The translations under genes were made by a program, and so were the position numbers. Of a DNA stretch of 64,000 nucleotides, positions 22,231 through 35,062 are shown piece by piece. This stretch comes from Botryllus schlosseri (Eukaryota), in assembly GCA_051294905.1 (NCBI GenBank), contig CM119371.1, positions 7,194,001 to 7,258,000 of the forward strand, written 5' to 3'. The first letter of the stretch is position 1. Each line of letters opens with the position of its first letter. Below the pieces are notes generated by a model. It saw only the letters and a program-made list of their open reading frames with translations. It was not told the DNA's origin and did not search any database.

Positions 22231-24265
22231 AAACGATATGTTCATATTCATACCATGGGTGCATATTATTTGGTCAGACCCGGCCGGGATTTGAACCACG
22301 ATCAGATATACTTTTTGTCAAATCGAGTCACCAAAATATTCTAACTCGAGTTATTACAACCCTAGTTTCGGCCCCCCAGAGACACTGTCGGCATTAGTCA
22401 CATCGGTGGCATTGGCGACATTGACCAAATAGATACACATCGACATTGGTGACATTGACGACATTGAGAAATTAAATGCACCCGTTCGCAATCGGGATGG
22501 GCCTGCGAAACCGCCATATTTGTAAAATGGTTGATAACCGTATTTGGATTTTTTTTAAATAAGACAAATCTCGAGCCAATTTCGCTTCATAACTGCTAAA
22601 ACCCCATGTTGCACATAAACAGAATGGCCGTCTGAGATGAAATATTCTACTGGGGAAATTCATTTAAGTAGCCAAATTGCCAATAGCTTACTGATGCAAA
22701 CATATTGCTGATTAGAGATGTCTTGTTGGATTTTGCAACATATTTGTAAGCAAAAATCCATTTTCTCCTGTGATATGCATAACCGCCATTCCAGAATAAC
22801 TTCAAGAAGAGCTGCTACAAAGAACTCACTATATGTTTTGTTTCACAATTTTGGTGCCATATATGTGGCGATCATACCCAAAGGTGTCGTCGGAAGCGTT
22901 ACACGTTGTTTCATTCGCAACCACCCCTCTTTGTGGAAATGGTTTTTGGCACTCTCTCATATAAAATCGAAGGCGCGGATTTTCAAGACACGACCGCATA
23001 TTTAAAAAAATGCTGCCACTCAATTCGCTTCTTCCCAATTTTCACATAAATAGTATGATGCTACTTTCAAGAAAAGTAATTTTTGTGCTGTTTATCACAA
23101 GCATATACCGGTAATATTTGCACAACACAAATGACGGTTGAACGATATCAAGCTATAAATTGGACCTTAAACTTGGGTGTTCACCGCGTTATCCCTGGCG
23201 GTCCAAAGGGAGTCCGCGAAGACAAAAAGGTTGAGAACCGATCCCTATGACCATCTGGCAATATACAAATACAATGAATTTATCAATCGATATCGGCGAC
23301 AGACACACTCAAGACTTGATACCTGAGTGCCAGAACAACTTGAACACACCCCATACACCCACCAGACATGATACAGAGTGATACCTGACTGATACAGTCA
23401 GCGTATATCAAAAGGGCCGTCTATAGCATACGTCATTTAGCACAAGGACAAACCCCATAGATAACTTGCCTTGCTGCTGCTCATTTCTATCACTGGCAGA
23501 GTGAAGATCCCAAGATTTATAAAACATTTTAATAATATAATGGTGATTCATATTCATAAAATATCATGTTTGGGAGTCCATGTTGAAGTTTTACCAGGCC
23601 ATGACAGACAGTTTGTTATTCTGATTGTCATGTCCTAGTATGGGCGAAGTTTGCATGACAGCGACTGAGACAAACTGGACCAATCGGCAACCTGACCATT
23701 GGTTTTACCCTAGTCCCAAAAGCGAGCCGATAACAGAAGCGAACATGATACCTTGCCCAAATTGCCTGGGCCCATTCATGAATGATTTCAGAAGGTGTAT
23801 GCATTGTTGTATAGCTAGAAAACCACTCATTGGCATGCTAGTGTATGACGCTCCACCAATTTTTATATCCCTATCTCGGATCGGATCAAATGTAGTGGAT
23901 ATTATTTATATTCACACGAATCTGTTTTATTTTAAAAATGAAAAAAATTTGAATTTGCTATGGCTAATTATTAGTAAGCAATATTGTGTCTGGTGTGAAA
24001 AACATGGCCCAAAAGGTAATGAATTTGTCATTTAGTGTTTTTTCACGAACCTCAAGTTGCAACACTGGTTCAGTGTTCGCCTTGTTTAGAGATTTGACTT
24101 TCCTTTGATTCATACTCGTAGAGTTGATTAGTACGGTAATATGATTATTTCAACAACTCAATAGGCCTTACCGTACTTGAGAATTACCTTTACTTCAATA
24201 ACAGTGCTACTGTATAATAATAATCGTAGGGTAATTAGCCTATATATCGTGGTTGATTGACAATC

Positions 24266-25885
24266 ATGGTTCAGATTGTGTGTCGAAATGTAAAGAAACA
24301 TTCAGTGAAGATGATGGAAGAATTACATCGAATGAAGCAAGAAAACGATCATTGTGATTTCATAATTCAAGTAGGAGACGATATCTATTACACTCACAAA
24401 AATGTATTGTCGGCTGGTTGTGCTTATTTCAAAGCGATGTTGAAACACGACACAAAAGAGAGTCGCGAAGGAAAAGTCGTTTTAAAAGAGGTCGATTCTC
24501 AGTGTGTGAAAAACTGCATCGATTTCATATATTCCGGGAAATTTGAGATTCCTGACGAGAAGATAACTAACCTTCTTCATGTCGCAATCATGATGCAGTT
24601 GGAAGATGTGAAACAGGCAGTGTCTGACGTTTTGGAGAGATCAGTTAATGTAGAGAATTACTTTTCCACAAGAAATGTCGCCGATATGTATTATCTGGAT
24701 GCTGTCTCTACGCGATGTGATGTAATTTTTCATAAAAATATCATGGAAATATCAAACCAGTCTGAATATGGAAATATTGAAAAAACTAAGATCCTTAATG
24801 TTGTGAAGTCGGGAAAAACAAAGTTATGCGAAGAAGAAAAACTAACTTTATTGTTCAATTGGGTTGAGAAAAATCGCAACAATCAGGAACATTTGCGAGA
24901 ATGTCTTGAAGCTATCAAGTTTGATGAAGTCCCTCCGGCATTTTTAGAACGTCTTTTGGAATCAAACCTAAATATCAGTAACGACTTCGAATTGTACAAG
25001 TTGATCAATGGACATCTTTTGATAGCTTCAAAGGCATCGCACAAAATGAACGAAGAAATTGGCAATGATGGATTGATAATTCTGTTTGATAATAAAACCG
25101 ATTGTATCCGATCCTTCAATCCAGTAACTGAGAAAGTAGAGAAGTTTCATGATGAGACGTTTCAGAATTTAAGAGATTTCTCAGCGATTTCTTTAGACTC
25201 GTATATCTACGTTTTATGTAAAAATAAATCAGTTCATCGAATCAATTTTCATAGAAAAAATTCAAAATGGGAAAGGATGAAAAATATGATTTGTTACCAT
25301 GGATGGCGTCCTCGCTCGGTTACTTTGTCGGGATCAATATTCATTGTTGGAGGAAGCGATGAAGCAACAAGGGATGTGGAAATGTTTACTTCCCTTGTTA
25401 ATCGATGGATTCAACTAGAAGACAAACCTACAGCGATTTCTGTAACAAGTCTGGTATCATTGAATGATTCCATCTATTGTATCGGAGGTGCAGGACAAGA
25501 TGATGTCATAGTTCCATCATTCTGCAGATTCACTCCAACCTCGTCAAAGTGGGTTGATCTCGATCCAATGAGATACCCTGTTAGTGTCACTGGTGTTGTT
25601 GCAGTTGATCAGAAGATATTTGTGATCGGTGGGGTGAGTAGAGGACAGAAACTAAACAACGTAGAATGTTACGATGTTACTTCAGCTCAATGGACTTCAT
25701 TATCGTCCACGAATGGTCGCCACGGTCGGGTTTCTACATATCACATTGACAAGTGGATTTTTGAAGTCGCAGATGGAGTAATTGCAATTGAAAAGTATGA
25801 TATATTGGAGGACGAATGGACTATAGTGGAACCAAAATTGGATCAATATTGTAACATTTTCACATCCGTACTTGTGAAGAGATAG
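24266..25885 (+). CDS. Intronless BTB-BACK-Kelch (KLHL-like) protein, 539 aa, putative CUL3 substrate adaptor
   Basis: Uninterrupted ORF; BTB motif CDFIIQV..HKNVLSAGCAYFKAML..IDFIYSG; BACK region; kelch blades with GG..Y/F..W; first ATG is 24266 (ORF track starts at TTG 24257). Confidence 0.95.
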   Translation: MVQIVCRNVKKHSVKMMEELHRMKQENDHCDFIIQVGDDIYYTHKNVLSAGCAYFKAMLKHDTKESREGKVVLKEVDSQCVKNCIDFIYSGKFEIPDEKITNLLHVAIMMQLEDVKQAVSDVLERSVNVENYFSTRNVADMYYLDAVSTRCDVIFHKNIMEISNQSEYGNIEKTKILNVVKSGKTKLCEEEKLTLLFNWVEKNRNNQEHLRECLEAIKFDEVPPAFLERLLESNLNISNDFELYKLINGHLLIASKASHKMNEEIGNDGLIILFDNKTDCIRSFNPVTEKVEKFHDETFQNLRDFSAISLDSYIYVLCKNKSVHRINFHRKNSKWERMKNMICYHGWRPRSVTLSGSIFIVGGSDEATRDVEMFTSLVNRWIQLEDKPTAISVTSLVSLNDSIYCIGGAGQDDVIVPSFCRFTPTSSKWVDLDPMRYPVSVTGVVAVDQKIFVIGGVSRGQKLNNVECYDVTSAQWTSLSSTNGRHGRVSTYHIDKWIFEVADGVIAIEKYDILEDEWTIVEPKLDQYCNIFTSVLVKR

Positions 25886-26241
25886 ATTGACACTCACTTG
25901 AGCAGACTCGTATAAATTACTGGATCTTCAAAATACAACTTGACCTAGAACTAGAACCACTTTTCAAAACTGGCTACTAGAACTATAATGACCATGCTTT
26001 AAAAATCCGTAACCAAAGACAATTGAATTGATTCAATTCTGAAGCAACTGCAATAGGTACTGATAATGCAAATTACAGAATTTGAAACGAGCTAAGAAAT
26101 ATATATTGGGGATAGAATCGGCGTTTCAAAACCAACGGGGTTCGGAGTTCGAAATTTGGCATTTTCCGACCGCCCAACACCCACTAGTGGCTACGCCACT
26201 GTTACTAGTGTTAACTCTGAGCTAGCAAGGTCTGCATGAAC

Positions 26242-27538
26242 CAGAGGTGGTCAGTAACGAAGTACTTCTACTTTTTCGAAGTACTCAAGTAGTTTTCCTC
26301 TACTTCTGGTACTTACTCAAGTAGATCTGATTTTCGCTACTTCTACTTCTACTTATTAATATTTGGTGATCTACTTACTTACTTTTCGCTATTTTCAGTT
26401 TGTCAAGTAGAAGTAGTTCAATCTTCCAATCAGGAAGATAGCCTGATGAATTGCGGAGCTGTTTTCACGGAATATTAACATTTAATTTTCATAAAAGTTT
26501 AGTAAAGCACAGAATTTTCGTCGCACTTCGCGCGCAGTTGATACGGAGTGACCGGTATGATTTCACGAAAGTATCGGTGAATATAATTTAGGTGGAAGGT
26601 TGGCGTGGTTCCGTTCACACCACATTGTCGCCCTTCGCCCATATGAAATAATTAATCAAAGTATATATGGCTCATCATAACGTTTGAAACTGATGTTTCG
26701 CAATCTAGCATTTTCTTGTCATATCGTAATCTAGCATATATATCCATGGTGTGTCCTAATCTGGAAGAGTGGACTTTGATTTTCTTTTTTTAGTTTTAGA
26801 GCTGTTTTAGCATGCCACCTTTGAAACTTTCTGGACTAAAAACATGAAATACATATTCTGCTTTTAGAAGTAGTATTTATATTTCACTTTCAATTCCCAG
26901 TATCATATACTTTGAGTTATAATTAATATCAGTTCTTTTGTCCGGATAACATACATGTTGAAGTATAAAAGCAAGTGCAGCAATGCCTTTAATTTCTGGA
27001 AATAAAGCTACACAATATGGCATTTTACGGTCCACCATATTTTTTATCAACGTTTACTAATAGCGCAAAGTGTTTACATCGTATCCTATACAACTTCTCC
27101 GTATTGCTCTTCGACTAAACTACAGACCTTATAATATGGGGGATGGCGCTATACCATGCTATTTTGTAATACCAGATGTTCCAGAAAACAGAGGATTAGT
27201 ATCGCGTTTCCTTATCAATACTATCATTTTCATCCCATGGGGCGGACGAATGATTATGCTATCGAAAATTGGATACCTGCGAGTATGCATCAATATGAAT
27301 CAAGCTCGTCACCTATCACATAGCTCAATTTGTACCTTTTTATAATCCATCCAATCAGAATCGTTTTAACAACTACTTACTTACTTGAGTACTTTTAAAG
27401 TCAGTCAATTCTACTTCTACTTCAAGTAGTTTTAGGTTGCTTATGAAAGAAGTACTTCTACTTGTACTTGAGTAGATATTTTCGTCGCTACTTCTACTTC
27501 TACTTGAGTAGCTTTCTTGACTACTTTGACCACCTCTG
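26242..27538. mobile_element. hAT MITE (CAGAGGTGGTCA ends, TACTTCTAC repeats)
   Basis: TIR cagaggtggtca..tgaccacctctg; perfect TSD gcatgaac at 26234-26241 and 27539-27546. Confidence 0.93.
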
Positions 27539-28355
27539 GCATGAACATCACAAAACAGAAGAACAGCATCGCTATTCATGCCAAACAACGATACTAGTAG
27601 CCTACTACCCACTTTTAAAAACCTGTGGCCAGAGAACTTCTCTTGACCCTCAACCATCTAGATTAGTAGTTTGTTAAGTCGGCAGCTGAAACCATCATAA
27701 TTCAAACATGGCCTTGAATATTGTGCATTTTTTGTTTCCAAGCAGCAGATGTTCATACGTCAGTTTTTCAAGTCTGAACTACTTTTCGGTAGATTCGTAC
27801 CATTTGACGAATGTAATAGCAGTTCTGACCAGCGATTTTGTTGAAATATACTTCATTATTTGTACCACAGTTCATAATCTGCAAGCGATTTTAGTTAATT
27901 CAGCCCACTATCTGTTTAGTCCATTATTCATTCAATATAGATTGGGTCGATGATTTTGACGACTTGTAAAATTGATTCGACAATGGTGACCAATATCAGG
28001 AGTTCGGAAGTTACTAATTACCGGCAGCTGTATAAGCTTTACCCTTCCAATAATTTAGTATGGTATAACCCACAGTACGCAATAACTCCATGCCTGAATA
28101 TTTCATATGAGTGTGGATGATCTCTTCCTTGTTGAGCCGTATACGATCTTTGCTCAAGTTACTCGCTCTTCAGAAGGGCTACTCACAACAGTACGTGCTT
28201 CCGAATAGAACTTGGGTTACAAGTTTATTGGGGTATCGTGCTTTATGAGAATTGTGGATTAACAATGATTATAATATCGGATGAAATATTTGTTTATCTT
28301 GTTATTTTATTGTTTTTAATGAATTTGCATGTGCTGCGTCAAAAACTGTCATTAG

Positions 28356-29176
28356 TAGGGCGGTTTTTTTTTGACATGTCAAAATTTGTCAAAATTTTGT
28401 CAAAATTGTAGCGTTAGGTCAAAATTTGTCAAAATTGTTCATAAAGTCAAAATTTTTTTGACGTCTTTATTTCGTTTGTATCGTAGATTTTGCACTGTCT
28501 GTGAACGTATCATTTGATATTTTACAGCTTGTAGTCTACTTTATAGGCCTACTGTTGTAAACGACGCATTGTCTGCTCATACTGAATCATCAACGGTTAA
28601 TGGTCAACGTACCGCAATATCCTAACTGGGGCATCATTCTTATATTGAGAAGCGCATGATGAAAAATTGTAATAGACAACATTGTCAGAATGAAGCAACA
28701 TGGTGCGTCACCAGTAGTGTATGCACATTGCACAACTTGAGTGTTGTAAGCCAACAACTGCTGCTGTTGAACGTCCTTGGCAAGTAAGGACATGCACTTT
28801 TTACCCAAGAATATAGGAAAGTATCTCTCGTTGTACTACAATTTTTTAAAATTATTTCCACCATAATACGTATTGCAACCACTGGAATTTTTCATAGAGC
28901 CAGATTTCGTTAAAATATTGTTTTTTATATGTACAAAGTTGCCTGTTTCTAAGCCAAAAGCGTTTTTTCAGGCCAAACTACTACGTTGGGACAGCCAGTT
29001 ACAACCGGAAATGTAGATAACTGGTACAATTTTGACATTATTTGGGAAAACACCTAATTTGCATACGTTAGGTCAAAATTTGGTCAAAATTCAGTTTTTT
29101 TAGGTCAAAAAAAGTCAAAATTTTGAATTTTTAGGTCAAAATTTACTTTTTTTTAGGTCAAAAAAAAACCGCCCTA
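28356..29176. mobile_element. hAT MITE (TAGGGCGGTTTTT ends, GTCAAAA repeats)
   Basis: TIR tagggcggttttttt; perfect TSD gtcattag at 28348-28355 and 29177-29184; empty site near 1220. Confidence 0.93.
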
Positions 29177-29704
29177 GTCATTAGTTTTTCGTTATCCATG
29201 ATCAAGATACTAAATTTGTACGCATACTCAACATAAATCATTTCGATTATGTTTTTATGCGGGGCTATCGGCAACTCGTTTTATTCCACACATCCTCTGG
29301 AACGATTGCCACGGTTGAGCAACCTGTGCTGTATACAGATTCATTGATTTTACTTTTCATAACCACTCTTCATTTTGTTACTGGGGATTGCAATCAGAAG
29401 TTCATAATTTATGACGTATCATTTAATGGTCTAGTCGTTGGATGTGAAATGGCTTTGGTGATGAAAGAAGTTTACATGAAAATCCCAACCGATATCAATC
29501 TGTGGGAATCTGACATGCATCAATGTCTGACAATTCTACCCTGTAGATGAAAGTGAGTAATACTGAAATTATCTTTTTGCAAAATCAATGATATCAGATT
29601 CAATTATTTGCCATCAATGCTATAGTGGAGTGTATCGATATGCTAAAATTATTCACAATAAACTCAACTCAACCCACTAGAAACGATTTTATATCTATCT
29701 TTAA

Positions 29705-31788
29705 CACTAGAACTACCGGAACTTCGAACTACCTAGAACTACCATGTGGCTTTTTTGACGCATGTTGAATTTTCTTCGATCAAACGCATTTACCGGAGCT
29801 AAAAATCTGCACAAATCTCAACAAATGGCATCAGAAACCATTGTTTATTGCGCTCATAGCTACTTGCAATATTTTACATACACCTTAGGTCAACACTTAT
29901 AAAACAAATTGCCGTTTTTTGGTGTAACATATAAGTGTTGCTCTGGTGCGCATTTGGTATTTGAGCACGTTCTCTTAAAATTTAGAGTAGGTTCCAGATC
30001 CGCTTTAGCCACATCATCATTGTTAGTTGTTGCTGACATATCATAAAGCTTATCAGATAAGATTTGCATAATTCAATTTTGCAACTAATCCTCGATTTGC
30101 ATATTTTTAGAGTATCGGCATTTTGGCAAGTAGACGATCAATCACATTATAAGAAAACATGCACGGACCATCGTCGACTTGTTGGTACCCTCATAGAATA
30201 CTGCCTTGCAACCTGACCAATAATATCCCCCTGGTTTTGTTTCGTTATATAACATTTAACCGTCACTGGTTTCTTGTTTGTGTTGTTTCTGAAGGAAACA
30301 TACCTCAGGTTGCAGTGAAGTCAATATATATGTGTACAAATTCGATCTCTACACTGGCATCTCGCCGTTACGCATATCAACAAGATGATAGCTTTGAAAA
30401 GTGTGGCTACATGAAGCTGCCTGTGTTCCTTCTGGTCCTGGGTATAGCTTCAAGCAACTTTAGACAATAGTGTCAACTGGGACTTCGTTTGCATCTCCAA
30501 GCGTATACAGCCACATTCACGTAACATTGTTTCGAGATGGATTACATCAGACTCTTCACATTACTATGCTTGGCAAATGTATAGATTATGGAAGAGCTGT
30601 CCTGTCCTATCCTTGCCTAAATATGAGACGCGCTTGTACAGATACTTGGTAGCAGCAGCGTCCGCCATCTGACATTTTCCCCCAATTATTTGCTGGCATT
30701 TCGACCATGTAATAAACGAAAACCATATTATCTTTATCGAATCCACACCTATTTTTACTCCTTATGTCAATAGAAAGCTCATGACTTCCATAAATCTGTT
30801 CTTCGAGATGGCCTGACTAAACATAATGTACCCATTCCCTCAGTCCTCATATGCATTCAATTTACTAGATTCAGCTCACTATCCCCCCGAAGATCCATCT
30901 CGTAGACCGGAGCAAAGGCCCTTTGCCATTGTACAACCCTAGTATATTAGTATGGACAATACAGATGTCGGCTTGGTCTAATGGTACATTTCAAATTTCA
31001 TGTCCTGTAACACGCTGAGCTTCAGAAATATAATATTACAGAGCTTTGGAGACTTGGAACGAGGAAGATCCAGGGCCTTCTATTACAAGGGATGTTGTTG
31101 CTAACACAGTTAGACCGAGTCGATATTAACAAAGTTCTGTTGTTACAAACGGGTTTTCTGCGTTTATCAGATACATAACCATCTTTCAAGAATATTATTA
31201 TTATTATTATTGACATTTTTACAGTGGTGCTTCTCGCCTTTTCCAGGCTATGTGCACCACGACAGTAATTTTGGTAATGTTCATTTCTTTGACTTTGGTA
31301 ATCTTGGGGACGACTTCTTCATTCTTTCTCTCTGTCAATCATCATGCTCTCTCACACCCATGCGTCCCCGTCGTGGTCTTTGCTGCCGACTTGAAGCACG
31401 GCTCACTTTCAGTCTGGGCTTTTCAATGCACTGCAACCGCAGTGAGGTCGGCGATGAGGAGCCCAGAGAAACCTCCGACACATAGAAGTTGGTCCGAACC
31501 GGGATTCGAACCACTACCATTGGTGTCGTGACGCTGGCGATTAACCAACTGCCTGATGCCTGAAGGTGGAAAAAGTGTAATGCGTCAAAAAAGCCACTCG
31601 GTAGTTCTAGGTAGTTCTGTGTATAACTTTTTTATTTGTACTAGATGAGTGATGAAAATCATGGGTAAGGTGGCTTACATAAAATAAATAAAAGTCAAAA
31701 AGTTTCAGCCGAACAGCGTAAGATTTGACTGAATGCCAGCTCTTCAAAAATGAAAATGCGTCAAAAAAGCCACTTGATCGTTCTAGTG
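29705..31788 (-). mobile_element. piggyBac element with decayed transposase
   Basis: TTAA flanks at 29701-29704 and 31789-31792; TIR cactagaac; minus-strand remnants KYLYKRVSYLGKD and YNETKPGDIIGQVARQYSMRVPTSRRWSVHVF match piggyBac motifs YLGK and YNxTKxGVD..YS..TRRWP. Confidence 0.88.
31193..31560 (-). mobile_element. tRNA-derived SINE with (AAT)n tail, inside the piggyBac element
   Basis: Minus strand ggcagttggtt (A box-like) and ggttcgaatccc (B box); (att)n at 31193-31211. Confidence 0.75.
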
Positions 31789-32193
31789 TTAATAACAAGT
31801 CTCAAGACATTGAGTTACTGTAAAATTGGAATTTGAATCGTTTCTAACCCGTTGTATCCTTTCCTTAGCACTGGCAAGGATTTTCTTTCGATCAGATTCA
31901 AGCAAGTTACAACTTTCAAGCAAGTTTACCAATTGTCATTCAAGGTGAGTGTTTTCCGGCTGCGTGTCTTCACTCCACAATTAATATGTACATCGACATT
32001 CTATCCGCATTACACTAACCTGGTCATATATTTTCAGTTTTCAATTTGCTCCTACGCCATAGTTATTATCCCGGTTTGTAGAAACTGATTGAACCGTGCG
32101 TGACTGCTAATAGAATAATCGAGGTTATCGTATGGCTAATAGCTATACTCACCCGTGCTGCTTGTTCTCGAAATTCCATTGAAAACCGTGATA

Positions 32194-33821
32194 TAGGGTT
32201 GTTCGAAAATAACTTTTTTTTTCAAATCTCAATCGCTTAGTCATAAAATTGTCAGGTTGCCTAAAAAAGTGCCAAATTTCAGTAAAAGTAATCTTGAATC
32301 GAAATTTCAACCACTTTTTGAATTTATAGTATTTACGGTGAAAAATTTCGGCACTTCGATATGACCAAATATCGTGTTCCAGGCATGCCTGAAGGGAAAT
32401 TGATGATTTTTACACGGGTGTACATCTTGATAAAGGCATTTGATCAAGTTTGGTGATGAAATTGCTAATGTATGAAAAATGAATATGACACTGGAACTAC
32501 ATTGAAAGAGCCCCGTGAAAACGATAGTGATATACATCGCATATGAATACTTTCAGCACTAAAAATGAATTGCCATGCAGGTGAAATACAGTAAAATATC
32601 ATACTCAGACTAGAGGCGATATCTTTTGTCACACCAGTGTGAATTTCACGTAATCAGAGCAAGTAAGCTTGTGGATAACAGCACTGCGCTATAAAGCGCA
32701 TTGTCATATCCTCATATCACTAGGCTAAATGAAGACAATTGTATAAAAAGACAATGATAAATAATCTGGAGATTATATTTTCATCCGATCAAGACACACA
32801 CAATGCGATAAAACACCATGCGATGTGATGAACACATGGGAGGACGCCGAAAGACGCGCAGTTGCGGTCTCTTAAACTGACATCCACCTCGGCCTAGTGC
32901 CCAATGTCACAGTTCATTTTCAATGTTGATTTTTATGCTTTGGCTCATTCTAGCTCTTCCCATTCCTTGCGAGTGCCTTCTTTCTTCATGTTATTTTTCG
33001 CTACCAAATCGTGAGGATGATATGAAGTGGTTCAGAATAATTATTGATATGATGAAGATATGTCATCATTGTTATCAACCTACTGGTAGCATGACACACA
33101 AGCATCCCATTGTTGGGTGGCATGAGTTCGCTACAGTACATATAAATGGCCTATGATGATGTTGATCCTTCAAAATTCGAAAATAATGCCCGAGCATTCA
33201 TAATTCGACTTGTAGAGGTTTATAGGAGTTGGGAAAAGCAAATATCTTAACGCTTTGCGATGAAAACAGCCACAATGTCGTCAAATCTACATTGGCAACA
33301 TCGCCACGACAAAAGACACTTTCGGGCATTGATATTAACCTGGGAAAAACATTTTGCTGTATTTTATCTGTGCGTCAGTTCATTTTCTCTTCATAGTACC
33401 TGATTTTAGCCTTAAAAGTATTTTATTTCCCAATATATGTCACCATCATTTTGACGAGAATATTTCAATTTTATTGACTCATTTCCAGCAAATCAGTGTC
33501 AAATTAATTTTTCATAAGCTGCCAATTTCATTATCTCAGCTCTATCACAGCCCAGTATCAAGATGTAAACCCGTGAAAAAAGCATCACTATCCCTTCAGG
33601 CATGCCTGGAACACGATATTTGATCATATCGAAGCGTCGATATTTGCCATCGTAAATGCTATAAATTCAAAAATGGCCGAAATTTCTATTTAAAATTGCA
33701 GAGCCTTTACCGGTCGGAATTGACTCCAAAATTGGATGTGTAGCGTTTTTTGTAGCAACCAGACATTTTTATCACTAAGCATGTGAAATACAGAAAAAAA
33801 AGGTATTTTTGTACAACCCTA
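32194..33821. mobile_element. Long-TIR non-autonomous DNA transposon
   Basis: tagggttgttcgaaaataac..gtacaacccta; about 270-bp inverted arms (cgtgttccaggcatgcctgaaggga and its reverse complement); absent from copy A near 2805. Confidence 0.75.
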
Positions 33822-34809
33822 CCGTGCATTCATGCATGTCTCTGTATTCATTAGCAGCTATCGTGGTTGAACTCTTTTATGAGATGGTTAGTTACATCGT
33901 TGTCATGATCAGAAGTTGTGAAAGTAATCAACAAGGCTACCGCACTCAAGTATGAGTAGGAGTAGTGCTGTTTTAAGCAACCCAGAAGTAACCTACCTCG
34001 GGTAGGAGTAGAATTTGCTGTCTTTGAAACTACTGAATTATGTAAGTAGTTTTAAAATCTGTCATAAATACACTCTCGAAACCTAGAAACTGACTGGACG
34101 GTGCGGAGAGCTGGGTTCGTGTTGCTACATCCCAGGAGATCTATTTTACCAGCATGAGGGTTGAAACGTGTCATGTGATAGCCTGTAAACGACACCACTG
34201 CATAAGAACAGTGGCTCTTGACCTCCTTTTTCACCCCAGTTCCCGCTTTCAGAAAATGTGATGGTATGGTGCCCTCAGTCATTTTGCAATGCCTGTAGTG
34301 AATAAGACAATGACCGATGTGGATAAGTTCTACTCGGATACCACATTGGTGTTTTACACTATTAGGTAGGAAACTAAAATGCGGCAGGTCGTATAATTCC
34401 AAACGTTTTGCTGAACTTACCCCTGTTTACCGTGCACTGTAAAAAATAACCGTGGGTTTTGGGGTGGAATAGGAGTGGATAGGAATTATCCACCGTAGGG
34501 TAGGGGTGTACCTTTTTGCTCCACCCCGTTTTAGAGTGAAATAGGCGTGGATTGTTGCTCCTACCCCTGCATTACGGTGGATGACATCCTGCCACCCTGG
34601 ATTAAGCATGGTACGGCGACCCCACCGCTGATCAATTGAGGAAACAAATATGTTTCCGCTGTGATCATTCCAATCACCTGTGGTGTATAGGCTATGTACG
34701 CGCGAGATGCTTGCACGGCGTTGATGTCGCGAGATTGAATGCATATGTGCTCAAAGTCTCTGCTGGTGCAAATCAACATATCGGACGGCCGAACTGACAG
34801 ACATATCAT

Positions 34810-35062
34810 TTATCGAGAGAGAACAGGGGTATTCAGTTTCGTCTGCACCATCGAGGTGCTTTTGTCGACGGAGATGCGACACTAGTCATCTGGTCAGCAC
34901 CCCCGCTTTTTTCTCCTCCATGCTATCCGTGGATGCTGAGCGTCTAGCAGGATAGCGGCGGATACCAGTTTTCGAGTCTTTGGTCTCACACGGCCGGAGA
35001 TCGAACCCACGACCTACCGATCAAGTTGCCGGACGCATAACCATTACACTATCTTGCTCGGT
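34810..35062 (-). mobile_element. tRNA-SINE, possibly Meta-domain type
   Basis: Minus strand tagtgtaatgg (A box), ggttcgatctcc (B box), then accaaagactcgaaaactggta..cgctcagca resembling the MetaSINE central domain. Confidence 0.7.

Larger units (their letters stand above)
20730..23418. mobile_element. Second Merlin/MULE-like GGCCCTGTGGATAT element with nested insertions
   Basis: ggccctgtggatata..tatatcaaaagggcc; TSD gtccatacc/gtctatagc (7 of 9); gtatca repeats. Confidence 0.7.

Noticed and set aside
24257..24265. TTG start codons of the ORF track (also 57082-57090)
   Set aside because: Eukaryotic gene; an in-frame ATG lies three codons downstream
24883..25119. Conserved antisense ORF in both KLHL genes (also 56228-56464)
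   Set aside because: Shadow of the sense frame in recent paralogs; non-ATG start; no recognisable motif
24266..25885. Assigning a specific KLHL or KEAP1 gene symbol
   Set aside because: Divergent lineage-specific paralog; orthology cannot be determined by eye
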